A stretch of 64,000 bases of DNA from positions 512,001 through 576,000 of the forward strand of contig CP000066.1 in NCBI GenBank assembly GCA_000002445.1, written 5' to 3'. The first letter of the stretch is position 1, and every line of letters begins with the position of its first letter. Below, in pieces: positions 10,585-20,528 of this stretch. The position numbers and the translations under genes were made by a program. The DNA comes from Trypanosoma brucei (Eukaryota). The notes beneath the pieces are model-generated. The model saw only the letters and a list, made by a program, of their open reading frames with translations, did not search any database and was not told the origin of the DNA.

Positions 10585-12249
10585 TTACCGACTAGGCAAA
10601 TCCGCGATGCAGTGAGATATGACATCCCTAACATCTTCTGGGAGTTCCAGTAGTCCGCTACTACTTTGCCCCAGCAATTTCTCAAGGTGGGCTTTGGTGA
10701 ATCCATCCATTGCATGGTCATGTAATACCTTTAAGCAGCCCTCTTTCAGTCCTCGTTCCTCGCACCAGTGATTACAATCGCAGAGTAGCCTCATTACGCA
10801 CCTCGCACAACCATAATCACGAAGGGATTCATATTGAAGGAGCGGCACAATAATCCTTTCAATCGCTCCCACATCTTTCCTCACGCGGGAAGCGACTGAT
10901 GAGTCAGACCCCGGCTGTTCCATTATTTTTTCAACGCGATAAAGACCAACGGCAAGACTGCTTGCCAGTAGCGGTGTCATGTAACGCGATTGCCCTGATG
11001 ATGAAGGCAAAGAGGCTTTCAACGCCGATAGAATGGCTGTAAGTAGTTCGCTGTGAACTTCAAGGAATGCACTACTAATGAAGAGATTAATTAGTGTAGG
11101 GAGGGCCAACTCGGGACCCTCTTTGGTCAACTGTTTTTCCAGCGTGCAAACGTGTAGCCGTCGCAGCATCTCCCATTGTAGCAGTGGAGGTTCCGCTACC
11201 GGTGCAACACTTTCGTCAACATGATCACCAGCGTTATTACTATAATCGCTACCATCATTTTCCACGACCGCTGAATTCTCTGGGGAGCGTTTCATGCGCA
11301 ACTCATCACTCTCAAAGAATGCGGCCACGGGCTCGTTTGGTTGTTCCAAATAGCAACGCCACAAATCAGCACAGAGAGCATCATTGAGGGAATCGCGAAC
11401 GTAGCTGGGTACAATGGGGCTGTGAACCCTAGTGAGCAGTCGGAGTAACTGGTTCAGGTCCGAGGTTTGCAGCGTTGACACACGAAGTATTAATTGATCC
11501 CATGCCTTTTCATCTGGTATTTGCCCATCCGGCCATCGATTAAGCGTATGCACAACACCTACAAACGTTGGCACTGCGGCCTCACGATCCGACCAGCTGG
11601 CAACCGACTGTGCGATGTCGTCAAGAATTCGTCCCACGGCACACTCCCCCCCGATCAACTCGGTCAGTAACCGAAAGGGACGCGACATTTCCCGCTCCCA
11701 TTCTTTTTCAGATGTTGTTTCACCAACGGCAGGGGTGTTGGAAGGGGAGATTGTTGATGGGAGCGTGGTAAACATTTGATCTAGTAGCGCACGGAACTCG
11801 CTTCTGCTCTGGTGTTGAAGTGTGCTTTGCATGGGAAATGTATCAGATAGCGCCAATACATCTTTCCACTCCGTCACCTGAGTGGCCAGAGACCACAGCG
11901 CCCCGTATTCAGCTGAGGAAAGGGAATGCATTGGGGTTTCCAGTACGGAGGCTAGAAACACGGTTTCAAATTTTTTCTTTTCATTATTAAGTTCCAGCGG
12001 AAAACGTTGAACAGCCTGCAGCGTCTGACGGAGCCCTCCAAATGACTGGGGTGCAAGTGGTCGACGGGCCTTTTGAGTAAGCAGCTCAAGCATAGCACGA
12101 TGGTCTACGTAATTTAGTAAGGCATATCGTTGAATGAGTTTGGAATTAAAGGGCGTGAAGTGCTCGTAGTGCCGTCCAAAATGCTTGAGAAGGGCAAGCT
12201 CTGTAAGCCCGTTCATTGGCCGCACCACGCGGAATGCGAGGGTATCCAT
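10585..12249 (-). CDS. Hypothetical protein (about 554 aa); track ORF extends to 12402 but the first 51 codons translate a polypyrimidine tract
   Basis: Track N-terminus MSVNFLLRPSLFPLFTLYSLRLLMFFFL is F/L-rich translation of CT-rich sequence; first plausible ATG at 12249 (MDTLAFRVVRPMNG...). Confidence 0.55.
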   Translation of the reverse strand: MDTLAFRVVRPMNGLTELALLKHFGRHYEHFTPFNSKLIQRYALLNYVDHRAMLELLTQKARRPLAPQSFGGLRQTLQAVQRFPLELNNEKKKFETVFLASVLETPMHSLSSAEYGALWSLATQVTEWKDVLALSDTFPMQSTLQHQSRSEFRALLDQMFTTLPSTISPSNTPAVGETTSEKEWEREMSRPFRLLTELIGGECAVGRILDDIAQSVASWSDREAAVPTFVGVVHTLNRWPDGQIPDEKAWDQLILRVSTLQTSDLNQLLRLLTRVHSPIVPSYVRDSLNDALCADLWRCYLEQPNEPVAAFFESDELRMKRSPENSAVVENDGSDYSNNAGDHVDESVAPVAEPPLLQWEMLRRLHVCTLEKQLTKEGPELALPTLINLFISSAFLEVHSELLTAILSALKASLPSSSGQSRYMTPLLASSLAVGLYRVEKIMEQPGSDSSVASRVRKDVGAIERIIVPLLQYESLRDYGCARCVMRLLCDCNHWCEERGLKEGCLKVLHDHAMDGFTKAHLEKLLGQSSSGLLELPEDVRDVISHCIADLPSR

Positions 12250-13008
12250 CAACGCCTGCGAGCAGCCCAAAAGGAATAAAAAAAATGGGGAGCGTAAAAA
12301 TGCAACTGATTCAACATCCAGAAAGAAAAACATAAGCAACCGCAAAGAGTAAAGAGTAAAGAGGGGGAACAAAGAAGGCCTCAGCAAGAAATTTACACTC
12401 AAATGTGGTGTTATGGGCCCGATAAATCATATACGGTACCCTCCGCGAGGTCGCACATAACACCCGCGCCACTCGCATAGTGAAGTCAAATAGGGAGTAT
12501 GCATACAACTACAAGAACAAAAAAATGGCAAGGTATTCCGCATGAATGTGCAGTTGGGCTAAACGCGAAGTGTAAAACACCCGCAGCTAGCACGCATATA
12601 ACCGCAAGATATACCGAGCGAACAAGCATACACAACAGACACTGCGGGGCACCTAGTGGTAGAGAATCTTCCTTCACCACTATGTAATGTATCCCACTTA
12701 TCCGTTGTAGCATTATGCCTTTAATGCAGAGGTAAACAGACCTGTCACTTAACAGGCCTCTTGCATCAATGTAAACAAAATAACATACATGTGGACATAA
12801 GTACGTAGGTGCACAGATGTCGCACAAGCGGATCTAGTTACACGTCACGTAGGATAGTAGGAAAAAAAATGAAATACAAAATCTTAAAGGAAAAGGCTTG
12901 TCTAATGCAGCTACGTCTGAACGTTTCTGTGGCAAAGCAACCCACATCTAAGAACGAAAACAAGCACAATACACCAATACAGGAAATCAGGTGAAATTTT
13001 TCTAATAA

Positions 13009-15303
13009 CTATTTTTCACTGGGCGCTGAGGCCCGTCTTGAGTCCGACACATTGCTACTACTCCGGAGTCGTTTTACTGCTCCCCCACGGCTACTAACCA
13101 CGCTTTGATTCTTATCCTTCATTGAAAGCCGCCGTGTTTGGGTGTCTGGCAGTGTTGTAGATGTGTCATTACGCAGAGATGCAGAGGCAGAGGCAGAGGC
13201 TGCTGCACAAACGGCATTGGAAGACTGTGACGAGGTGGAAGGGCGGAGTGGGGGCATGTTACCAATCTGTAAAAAGGCTCCCAAAGAAGCGCCAGTAGCC
13301 GAAACCCTCAGTGCCTCATTTATTTGTTGCAGTGATCCAGCCACCTCATCGTTCATCTCAAGGTCGGTGAAAATGTCCTTACTGCTCTCAACCGCCGCAC
13401 GACAGGCATTTTGCAGAGCATGACGGAATGGCAACACATCAGCGGGTGTCGGTAACTTTGTAGTCATTGAAATACTATCTTCGTATAGACGTTGTTCGCA
13501 CTCGAGCTCATCATCTAAAATCATCTGTTCCCTCACATACGCTGACAGGGTCTCCTGTAGTTGTGATTTAAGTCGCTCCTGCACACCCTCTAAAGAAGCA
13601 CGACGGCGTTTCTGAAGTGAATGAACTGCGGCAACATGTTTCTGCGTCATTGCCACAATGTTTTGTCCGAGGGAAGCAAAGTTCTCGTTGATACGTACAA
13701 CGCAACGCGCCATGTCATCCTCGTACTGCCGTGTGGACACACCAAATGTGCTTCCCCTCTTCCTCCCCTCACTTCCCTCTTCTGCGTTGCCCTTCGATCC
13801 CTCGTCACGGCATTCATCGTCACCCTCCTCCACCTGTCCCATCAGCGTGTCGAGTCTCCATTGCTCAAGCCGCTGAAACACCGCCTCCGTACCACGTTTT
13901 GCGGTGTTGTGGGCGTCACGCACTGCATCCTGCACAACCAACTGGAGTGTGCCAACCTGGGAGTCAAACTTCAGAAGGGCCTCGTGGTACACCTGTTTAA
14001 AGCGGACCAACTCTTCCTCCTTCTCCTCTATCATCGCCTTCAGTACACTGGTTTGCGAATCAGTGATATGTTGGAGACCTTCATTTTCCCGCCGCTCCTT
14101 CAGCAACGTATCCACATTTGATTTTAGCTCAGTATATTCCTCCTCCAGTTGCTGGTACCGTTCGTGGTCCTCGCGAGAAATATAGTAACCGCCCCGCTCC
14201 GCTACGCGCTCCTGGAGGCGGTTGCGTAGCCGCTGGTTTTCAGCTTCGAAGGAACGGAGACGAATCATCAACTTCTCCCGTTCAGTGTTTGCCTGGTTTC
14301 GAATGGACCGGGCCTTCACTGCGTACATAAGAGTCGACTTGGTTTCTTCAATGTCCCGGCCGACGGAAGAAATGCATGCGATCATGAGAGTCCGCGCACT
14401 GCCACCGATGGAGTCCCGCAAGATCTCTGTTAACTTGGAGTCCCGGTACGGCACGTGATTTGGCCGTGTTGTGTCGTTAGAGTTTGAAAGCGCAAGAAAC
14501 ACATTTTTTAGCGCTAACAATGATTTGTTGATCTTTCCCGTTTCGCCCGCAGCCGCCCCACTAGCGTGAGATTTCTTTAAACTCTCACTACCCGCAAGAT
14601 CCACCATGAACAAGTGGGTTACATCCACACTGTTGGTGTACTCGTTAAACTCTTCGTAGTCGACTATTATAACGACGTGGGAGCGGCTGCTCCGCTCATT
14701 CATGAGAGTCGACGCAATGTGACGGCGGCTTAATCCCTTCTGAATTGCCGCAAATGCATCGGCGACCCGTGATAACGTCAACTTCTCGTTGGATACCGGA
14801 AACCCACCAACAAGCGTCACCTCTGTTTCTCCATCCTTACTGAGCATGTCAATCAGTTTCTCATTGTATATTTCTATCATGGAAAGTGTGAGTGCGCACT
14901 GCGCCCCTTCAACTGTCCTTTGCTGCACGTGCTCAAGCATGGAGCCGATCATACGGTGGGCAATACCACTCGATCCTCCAGCTCCACCTAACATAGTAAA
15001 CGTCTTCCCCGTCCCAGTCTGTCCGTACACCATTACAGTGCCATGTAATCCATCCTTCACGCTCTGTAGAATGGGCTCACATATGGCATAGACATCGTCC
15101 TGCGTAGCAGTGGGGGGAAATATATAGTCCGGGTCGTAACTTTTGTTGTCCAACATGACACGCCTTCCATTGACGAAGCTGAGGCCAGCCGCAGGGCGCT
15201 CACTCTCAAATAGTGGCCGACAGCGAACTGCCACCTTAATGTTGCTCATCTCTTTGCTCTCTTGCCTGTTTGACACACCACCCGCTGCTGTGCCTTCTGA
15301 CAA
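13009..15303 (-). CDS. Kinesin-like protein, N-terminal motor domain, coiled-coil stalk, Ser/Ala-rich tail
   Basis: P-loop GQTGTGKTFTM, switch I SSRSHVV, switch II VDLAGSE, neck HVPYRDSKLTEILRDS; heptad-rich region after residue 350. Confidence 0.9.
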   Translation of the reverse strand: MSEGTAAGGVSNRQESKEMSNIKVAVRCRPLFESERPAAGLSFVNGRRVMLDNKSYDPDYIFPPTATQDDVYAICEPILQSVKDGLHGTVMVYGQTGTGKTFTMLGGAGGSSGIAHRMIGSMLEHVQQRTVEGAQCALTLSMIEIYNEKLIDMLSKDGETEVTLVGGFPVSNEKLTLSRVADAFAAIQKGLSRRHIASTLMNERSSRSHVVIIVDYEEFNEYTNSVDVTHLFMVDLAGSESLKKSHASGAAAGETGKINKSLLALKNVFLALSNSNDTTRPNHVPYRDSKLTEILRDSIGGSARTLMIACISSVGRDIEETKSTLMYAVKARSIRNQANTEREKLMIRLRSFEAENQRLRNRLQERVAERGGYYISREDHERYQQLEEEYTELKSNVDTLLKERRENEGLQHITDSQTSVLKAMIEEKEEELVRFKQVYHEALLKFDSQVGTLQLVVQDAVRDAHNTAKRGTEAVFQRLEQWRLDTLMGQVEEGDDECRDEGSKGNAEEGSEGRKRGSTFGVSTRQYEDDMARCVVRINENFASLGQNIVAMTQKHVAAVHSLQKRRRASLEGVQERLKSQLQETLSAYVREQMILDDELECEQRLYEDSISMTTKLPTPADVLPFRHALQNACRAAVESSKDIFTDLEMNDEVAGSLQQINEALRVSATGASLGAFLQIGNMPPLRPSTSSQSSNAVCAAASASASASLRNDTSTTLPDTQTRRLSMKDKNQSVVSSRGGAVKRLRSSSNVSDSRRASAPSEK

Positions 15304-15339
15304 GACACGTTAAACAGTGTTTACCAACATGTCGGAAGA

Positions 15340-15480
15340 AACGACAATAGGAAAGAAGAGAAAGAAACGCTCCCTAATGAAACTGTAGGAAAGGAGGGCA
15401 CACGCACAAGCACAAACATACTCAATAAAATCCTTCCCCCTCCACTTCCTTGTTTCCTGCGTGCCAATAGATAAAATCAT
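15340..15480 (-). promoter_or_regulatory. Polypyrimidine-rich tract (minus-strand sense) upstream of kinesin CDS, candidate trans-splicing/polyadenylation signal region
   Basis: Plus strand is purine-rich (ggaaagaagagaaagaaacg ... ggaaaggagggcacacg ... ccttccccctccacttcc), so minus strand carries CT-rich tracts 40-180 nt 5' of the ATG at 15303, as expected for kinetoplastid SL-addition sites. Confidence 0.45.
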
Positions 15481-15846
15481 CTCTTCGGAGAGGCTTTCTT
15501 GCCTCCTCTTTTTCAGGTTGTCACATACGCGAAACTCATTAACCTCAAATGTGCAGCTGGGGAGAATTCCCCTCCTCCATACGCAGCACAAAACGTATAG
15601 AAAGTAATAACGTAAAACAAAAAGGAAAAGGAAAAAGAGAAGGAACAGTGCAAGCAACTTCCACATTAATCCCATCCCGCGGGAAAACCAACATCAACCT
15701 CGTCACAACTACCGGTGCGCACACACATGCTCTTTACACGCTACAAAAAGCAAGAACAACCAACAACGCACTTCATGAATACATACACAATATAACACAG
15801 AAAAGTACGTGCGCACACGCAACTCATGTCGTGGTGAACCATAACT

Positions 15847-16179
15847 TCATCGCAGTATCTCGAATGTATCAAAACTATATTCGATTCCTTCGGCTTCTGT
15901 TGTTGAGTCAACGCCTTCCACGCGCGACTTTGGCGACCCCTCATTGCACCACTTCACGAGGTTCGCAACTTGTTGCTTCGGGCCCTCCGCCATCAGCTCC
16001 ACGCGCCCATCGGGAAGGTTACGGACCCAACCGCGCACGCCAAATTCCTCAGCCGCCTTTTGGGTGTGTTTCCGAAAAAAAACGCCCTGCACGCGGCCAC
16101 GCACAAAAACATGACAGCGAACGATCATCCCCTCATTGTTTTGTGCTGAAGAAGCAACCTGATCTACAGTTTGTGGCAT
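15847..16179 (-). CDS. Acylphosphatase (track ORF to 16251; likely start at 16179 or 16128)
   Basis: Signatures VRGRVQGVFFRKHTQ and GVRGWVRNLPDGRVELMAEG match acylphosphatase signatures 1 and 2; upstream 24 codons are F/L/S-rich tract translation. Confidence 0.75.
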   Translation of the reverse strand: MPQTVDQVASSAQNNEGMIVRCHVFVRGRVQGVFFRKHTQKAAEEFGVRGWVRNLPDGRVELMAEGPKQQVANLVKWCNEGSPKSRVEGVDSTTEAEGIEYSFDTFEILR

Positions 16180-16497
16180 GTGCGAAATAAGTGAGCTCAA
16201 AAATGAGGGTATTGAAAAACTGATGGGGATAAAAACAAAAAGCTTAACCAAACGCTCCCAATATGCGCAAAAGTATAAGACAAAAACACAAGAAAAGACA
16301 GGTAGAATGGAAAGGGAACTGAGGGGGAAAAGGAAGAAGTAGCTTGACGGATCACACGCAGTTACGGAAGCCGGTGCGGGGCGCCAAATGGCTGAGTCAG
16401 TTGGTCAAAAGTGAAGAAGGTAGTCTTGCTTCTAGTGGAATTTATGTCGTTTGTTTACTTCCAAAAAAAAAAAAGTTCTTTCTTTTTGTTTTCCCCT

Positions 16498-16506
16498 GGG
16501 GGGGGG
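16498..16506. repeat. G9 homopolymer flanked by A12 and T-rich tracts
   Basis: ccaaaaaaaaaaaagttctttctttttgttttcccctgggggggggaag. Confidence 0.9.
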
Positions 16507-17309
16507 AAGAAAGATAAGTAAGTAAAAAAGGTGTGCCCCACTTGGTGCAACGTCACAAATTCTATAACTCTCAATAAATAAATATATATATATATATATG
16601 CTACGTAATTTCGATTTCGATGGGAAAGCAGACGGACAACTGAGTTTTGCTTGTCTCGTGCCACCTCATCACAAACACTTACGCACATATGCTCTCCGCC
16701 ATGATGATACCGTTCAGTTGTCCACTCTCCCAGTTGCAGTGGGTGAAGAGAAGGAGAAAATCAAATTAAAGCGATACTCTACAAGGACAAAGCATACTCT
16801 CAGTTTAGTCCCGTACGACGAAAGTAAAGGCAAACACCGACAACAATAGCAATAAATAACAGATAAATATATAAACAAAGGTACTCGATGAAGATTATTA
16901 CAGCTGAAAATTAATCCAGTAGCCTCAATGCACATCTACACTCACTCGCCATTACTTTCATTGACCATCTATTTAAAAAAAAAAAACACTTCCATCCCAT
17001 TTCTGCACAAGTCTATCGAGAAGCCTTCACACCCCCACCTACCCAGTCTCCCATTTGGTAAAGACTTTTAGGAATGAAAAACAAAAACAAAAAGAGCATC
17101 GATTGCACAAAACTGGATTCCATCGTACGTCTCCACGGCGACTTACCTTCACTTCGCCTGCAACACCTTCGTCACTTGTGACAAGTCTTACACTCTTCTT
17201 CCACACAGTGCTTTGTGTCAATTTATAAAGTCCTTCAGATGCCTGCCGTCACTTCACCTCACTACACTTCACCCCTCCGCCTGCCCCTCCATAGCGAATT
17301 GCTTTCGCT

Positions 17310-20300
17310 TCATGACTGCATCGCCTTCACTGCAGCAGACACCAAACCCTGCAGTGCCTGAGCCTCCGTGCACAAACGCTTGCATTCCTCCCCACGCTGC
17401 TGGTGTATCCCCTCCTCAAGGGACTTACAAATTGAATCTACTTTAGGTTTGATACGCTGCTCCATTATTGTTTGCAATGCACGGCGGTCCTTTTTCTGCA
17501 TTTCCACAGACCTCTTGAGAAAGCTGATCTCTGCGTCCTTTCCACGGACGTCTTCGCCCTTTGCATCATTCAACCTGGTGAGCAACTCCGATATCTCATT
17601 ATCCCTCTCCTGCAGCGTGCGGCGCCACTCCTCTTCACGTTTCGAGTGAGCACTACGCAAGTCGAGCAACTGCGCCTCCAACGACTGAACTGCAGTGGCT
17701 GAAGCAAATCTCTCTTCTGGTGAAGAGGCAGGGTTCAACTCAACACCCTTGAAACCAGTGTCAGGATTTGAAGAGGCGCCGACGTGAGTTTCCCCTTTAC
17801 ATGCATCCGCAGCGCACTCCACTGCCCTCTCCACGCTACGCTTCGCCTCGCCTGCCACGTGATCCTGAAGCAACTTCAGCGCTACACAGACTTCGCTAAG
17901 CTCCTCCCGTTGCAGTGCAGACGTGCAGTATTCTAAGGCTTTCTGAGATTCAACACGCATGACGTCTATCTCGCCAGACAAATGCAAAAGTTTCTCCTCT
18001 TTCTCCGCTAATTGTCGCCGCAACATCTCTATTGAGCCCTCATAAGCTTTGCGTACCGTCTCTTGTTGTCCGTCGAAGTACCGCCGGGTGTACGAAATGG
18101 CCTCCAGCGCCTCTGGCAACTGCTGAGCCCTTGACGCATCCATTAACCTACCAAGGGTGCTGTAATCTTTTCTTAGTGCAAGCAACTGCAATTCCTTGTC
18201 CTTCACGGCGTGCGAAAGTTTCCCGAAGTAACTGCTCACCTGCTGGTGGGCAATTCTTTCAACAGCTTCCTGTACAACTTTCGCCAACTGGTCCTTCAGA
18301 CCACCGGTCACATACGTCTCTGCTGCTTCCCTCCGCGACTCCGTGTCCAGTTGTGGTGCCACAACCTCCTGAATTTTAGTGTGATTGAATGTCAGTAGCT
18401 CCAATATCTTCTCATCTGGTGGTAGCAACACCGAGGGATTGGTGTCCGATCGGTACCACATATCGGTACCACTTCCATCACGACGCGGCTTCGGCACACG
18501 AAGACGTCGCAGGCAGTTTTCCGCCTCCTCCCTTGAAAGAGCAGTGGAGGATTTGCCAACTCCTTCACCAGGGGAAACCAGCGGCGGCACCGAGTCATTC
18601 GCACTTTCCGTTAACCCTTCAGAGCTTTCACGAGTGCTTAACTCTTCCTTCAAATTCCGAATAATTTCATCTCTTTCACTGAGCTTCGACGTAAGGTCCA
18701 CAACAATATCCCTGTGTTTGACGAGCAACTCGTTATACCGGCTCAGCATCGCCTCCTCTTGAAGCACCTGCCATTGGTGGTGAATCTCCTCAAGACCAAG
18801 CATATATTCCTCTGGGTCGACGTGCTCTTCACAGCCGCCATTGCCAGCTTCATTCCCTCTGCTATCACGTAGAATCGCTTCTAGTTCCTCCAGTCGCCGT
18901 TGCAGCTGCATGCGAACAGCTTGCTCGTGTTGATGAGCACACAGAGACCTTTGCAGTGCTTCCACAACCTCCTCACGCTCCTCCTCCGCACGGCGGACAC
19001 TCTGCTGCAACTCTGACAGGAGCCCAACATCTAACCCCTGCTGTGACTGCAGTTGCATCGCATCTTGCTGCCCCGGTAGAGACCGCTGCCTCTCGTGCTG
19101 GGTGTCTTCATTAATAACGGCGGTATTTCGTATGTTTTTGGCGCGATTGGCAAACAAAAGTGTTGAGAGAGTTTCCGCATGGGACTCCAGAGCAGGTGAA
19201 ATACACACAATGAGAGTGGTCTTACAGTTACCGCCAAGGGAGTCCCGCAGCACACTCGTGAGCACAGAATTTCTGAAGGGAACATGGGAACTACGCGATG
19301 CACCACCGTCCTTGTTGTCTTTTCCACAACTCTTCCGTTGAGCTAGTGCCGAAATGACGTTGCCGAGTTCGTGTAAGGATTTGTTAATACACCTCGCCTC
19401 CTCCAGTCGTTGCCCGCTTACGCCTGATTGTCGTACCTTCTCGCTCCCGGCAAGGTCCACAATGTTCAACTTTCCCACGCGGTGAGAAGATACCGAACCA
19501 GTTACCGGGTCCTTTTTTACAGTTTCCACCGTAAGGATGAAAATGGCGTGTGAGCGAGAGGACAATTCGCTCATGCGGGTTGCTTCCGTGGCACGTCTTG
19601 AGGTACCGCGCTCCATAAGGTAATACACGTCCCGTGGACTACACACATTCCATTCCGAGAGGCCATCAACATGAACACCGCTCCGCGTTGTGTGCCGCAC
19701 CACCAACGACCGTGGTGCCTCCTCCCCCGGTGGCTTTAATAAATCAGATATAACCTCATTGTATATTTGCATATACGACGCTCGGATGGTGTAATCCACA
19801 TTGCCACACCGACTATCGTCCATAATACTGAAGATTTCCTCTACAGCACGGGCAATGATGCCATGCTGCTCCTCTCCAGCAAACCCCTCCATTGTGTATG
19901 TTTTTCCCGCACCCGTCTGCCCATACGCCAACAAGGTAGCGTTATAACCCTCCACGACGGATAGGACGGCACTACGGGCACTCCGCTCATACACATCCCG
20001 TTGCAGATCATATCTGTCGTGCACGTAATCAAACGTAAAGGTTTGTGTCGCGTAAACTTCTGCAAAGCAACCACTAGCTTTGTTGTCATCGCTATTGTCA
20101 CTCAGATCAACTGGTTCGCACAATGTAATGGACGATCGATCCTTGGAAACACGCACAACATCAGTGTACCGGCTGTTTTCCTTGAGCTCACGCGGTAGCG
20201 GAGGGCGTACACGTATCACAACCGTTATGTTTGATTCACTATCGCCATTTGGAGTGAATGGAGTTGCACTGACACGGGTAGATTTTGAAGTCTCAGACCC

Positions 20301-20528
20301 GAAGCCCCAGCTCACAGATTGGGATGCGAATTGGCCGTCAGCACCACTACGCTGTATGGTTTTGTCATTAGTACTACACCCAGAGCAGTGATGTGTCATC
20401 ATCGCCGGCACAAGTGGCGGAGATGTGTCGTTAAAAACTACTCGCGCACGACGCCGCCCCTCCTCCCGTTGAGGCATCCCCGGTATTGATTGTCCACTTG
20501 AACCTGTAAAACACGCGGAAGTGTTCAT
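17310..20528 (-). CDS. Kinesin-like protein (1072 aa), motor domain residues about 95-480, long C-terminal coiled coil
   Basis: VVIRVRPPLPRE, GQTGAGKTYTMEG, SSRSHAIFIL, LNIVDLAGSEKV, HVPFRNSVLTSVLRDSLGG; extensive heptad/E-L-rich C-terminus. Confidence 0.9.
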   Translation of the reverse strand: MNTSACFTGSSGQSIPGMPQREEGRRRARVVFNDTSPPLVPAMMTHHCSGCSTNDKTIQRSGADGQFASQSVSWGFGSETSKSTRVSATPFTPNGDSESNITVVIRVRPPLPRELKENSRYTDVVRVSKDRSSITLCEPVDLSDNSDDNKASGCFAEVYATQTFTFDYVHDRYDLQRDVYERSARSAVLSVVEGYNATLLAYGQTGAGKTYTMEGFAGEEQHGIIARAVEEIFSIMDDSRCGNVDYTIRASYMQIYNEVISDLLKPPGEEAPRSLVVRHTTRSGVHVDGLSEWNVCSPRDVYYLMERGTSRRATEATRMSELSSRSHAIFILTVETVKKDPVTGSVSSHRVGKLNIVDLAGSEKVRQSGVSGQRLEEARCINKSLHELGNVISALAQRKSCGKDNKDGGASRSSHVPFRNSVLTSVLRDSLGGNCKTTLIVCISPALESHAETLSTLLFANRAKNIRNTAVINEDTQHERQRSLPGQQDAMQLQSQQGLDVGLLSELQQSVRRAEEEREEVVEALQRSLCAHQHEQAVRMQLQRRLEELEAILRDSRGNEAGNGGCEEHVDPEEYMLGLEEIHHQWQVLQEEAMLSRYNELLVKHRDIVVDLTSKLSERDEIIRNLKEELSTRESSEGLTESANDSVPPLVSPGEGVGKSSTALSREEAENCLRRLRVPKPRRDGSGTDMWYRSDTNPSVLLPPDEKILELLTFNHTKIQEVVAPQLDTESRREAAETYVTGGLKDQLAKVVQEAVERIAHQQVSSYFGKLSHAVKDKELQLLALRKDYSTLGRLMDASRAQQLPEALEAISYTRRYFDGQQETVRKAYEGSIEMLRRQLAEKEEKLLHLSGEIDVMRVESQKALEYCTSALQREELSEVCVALKLLQDHVAGEAKRSVERAVECAADACKGETHVGASSNPDTGFKGVELNPASSPEERFASATAVQSLEAQLLDLRSAHSKREEEWRRTLQERDNEISELLTRLNDAKGEDVRGKDAEISFLKRSVEMQKKDRRALQTIMEQRIKPKVDSICKSLEEGIHQQRGEECKRLCTEAQALQGLVSAAVKAMQS

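Noticed and set aside
15310-15675. 121-aa minus-strand ORF upstream of kinesin
   Set aside because: LLFFLFLFVLRYYFLYVL composition is poly-Y tract translation, not a protein
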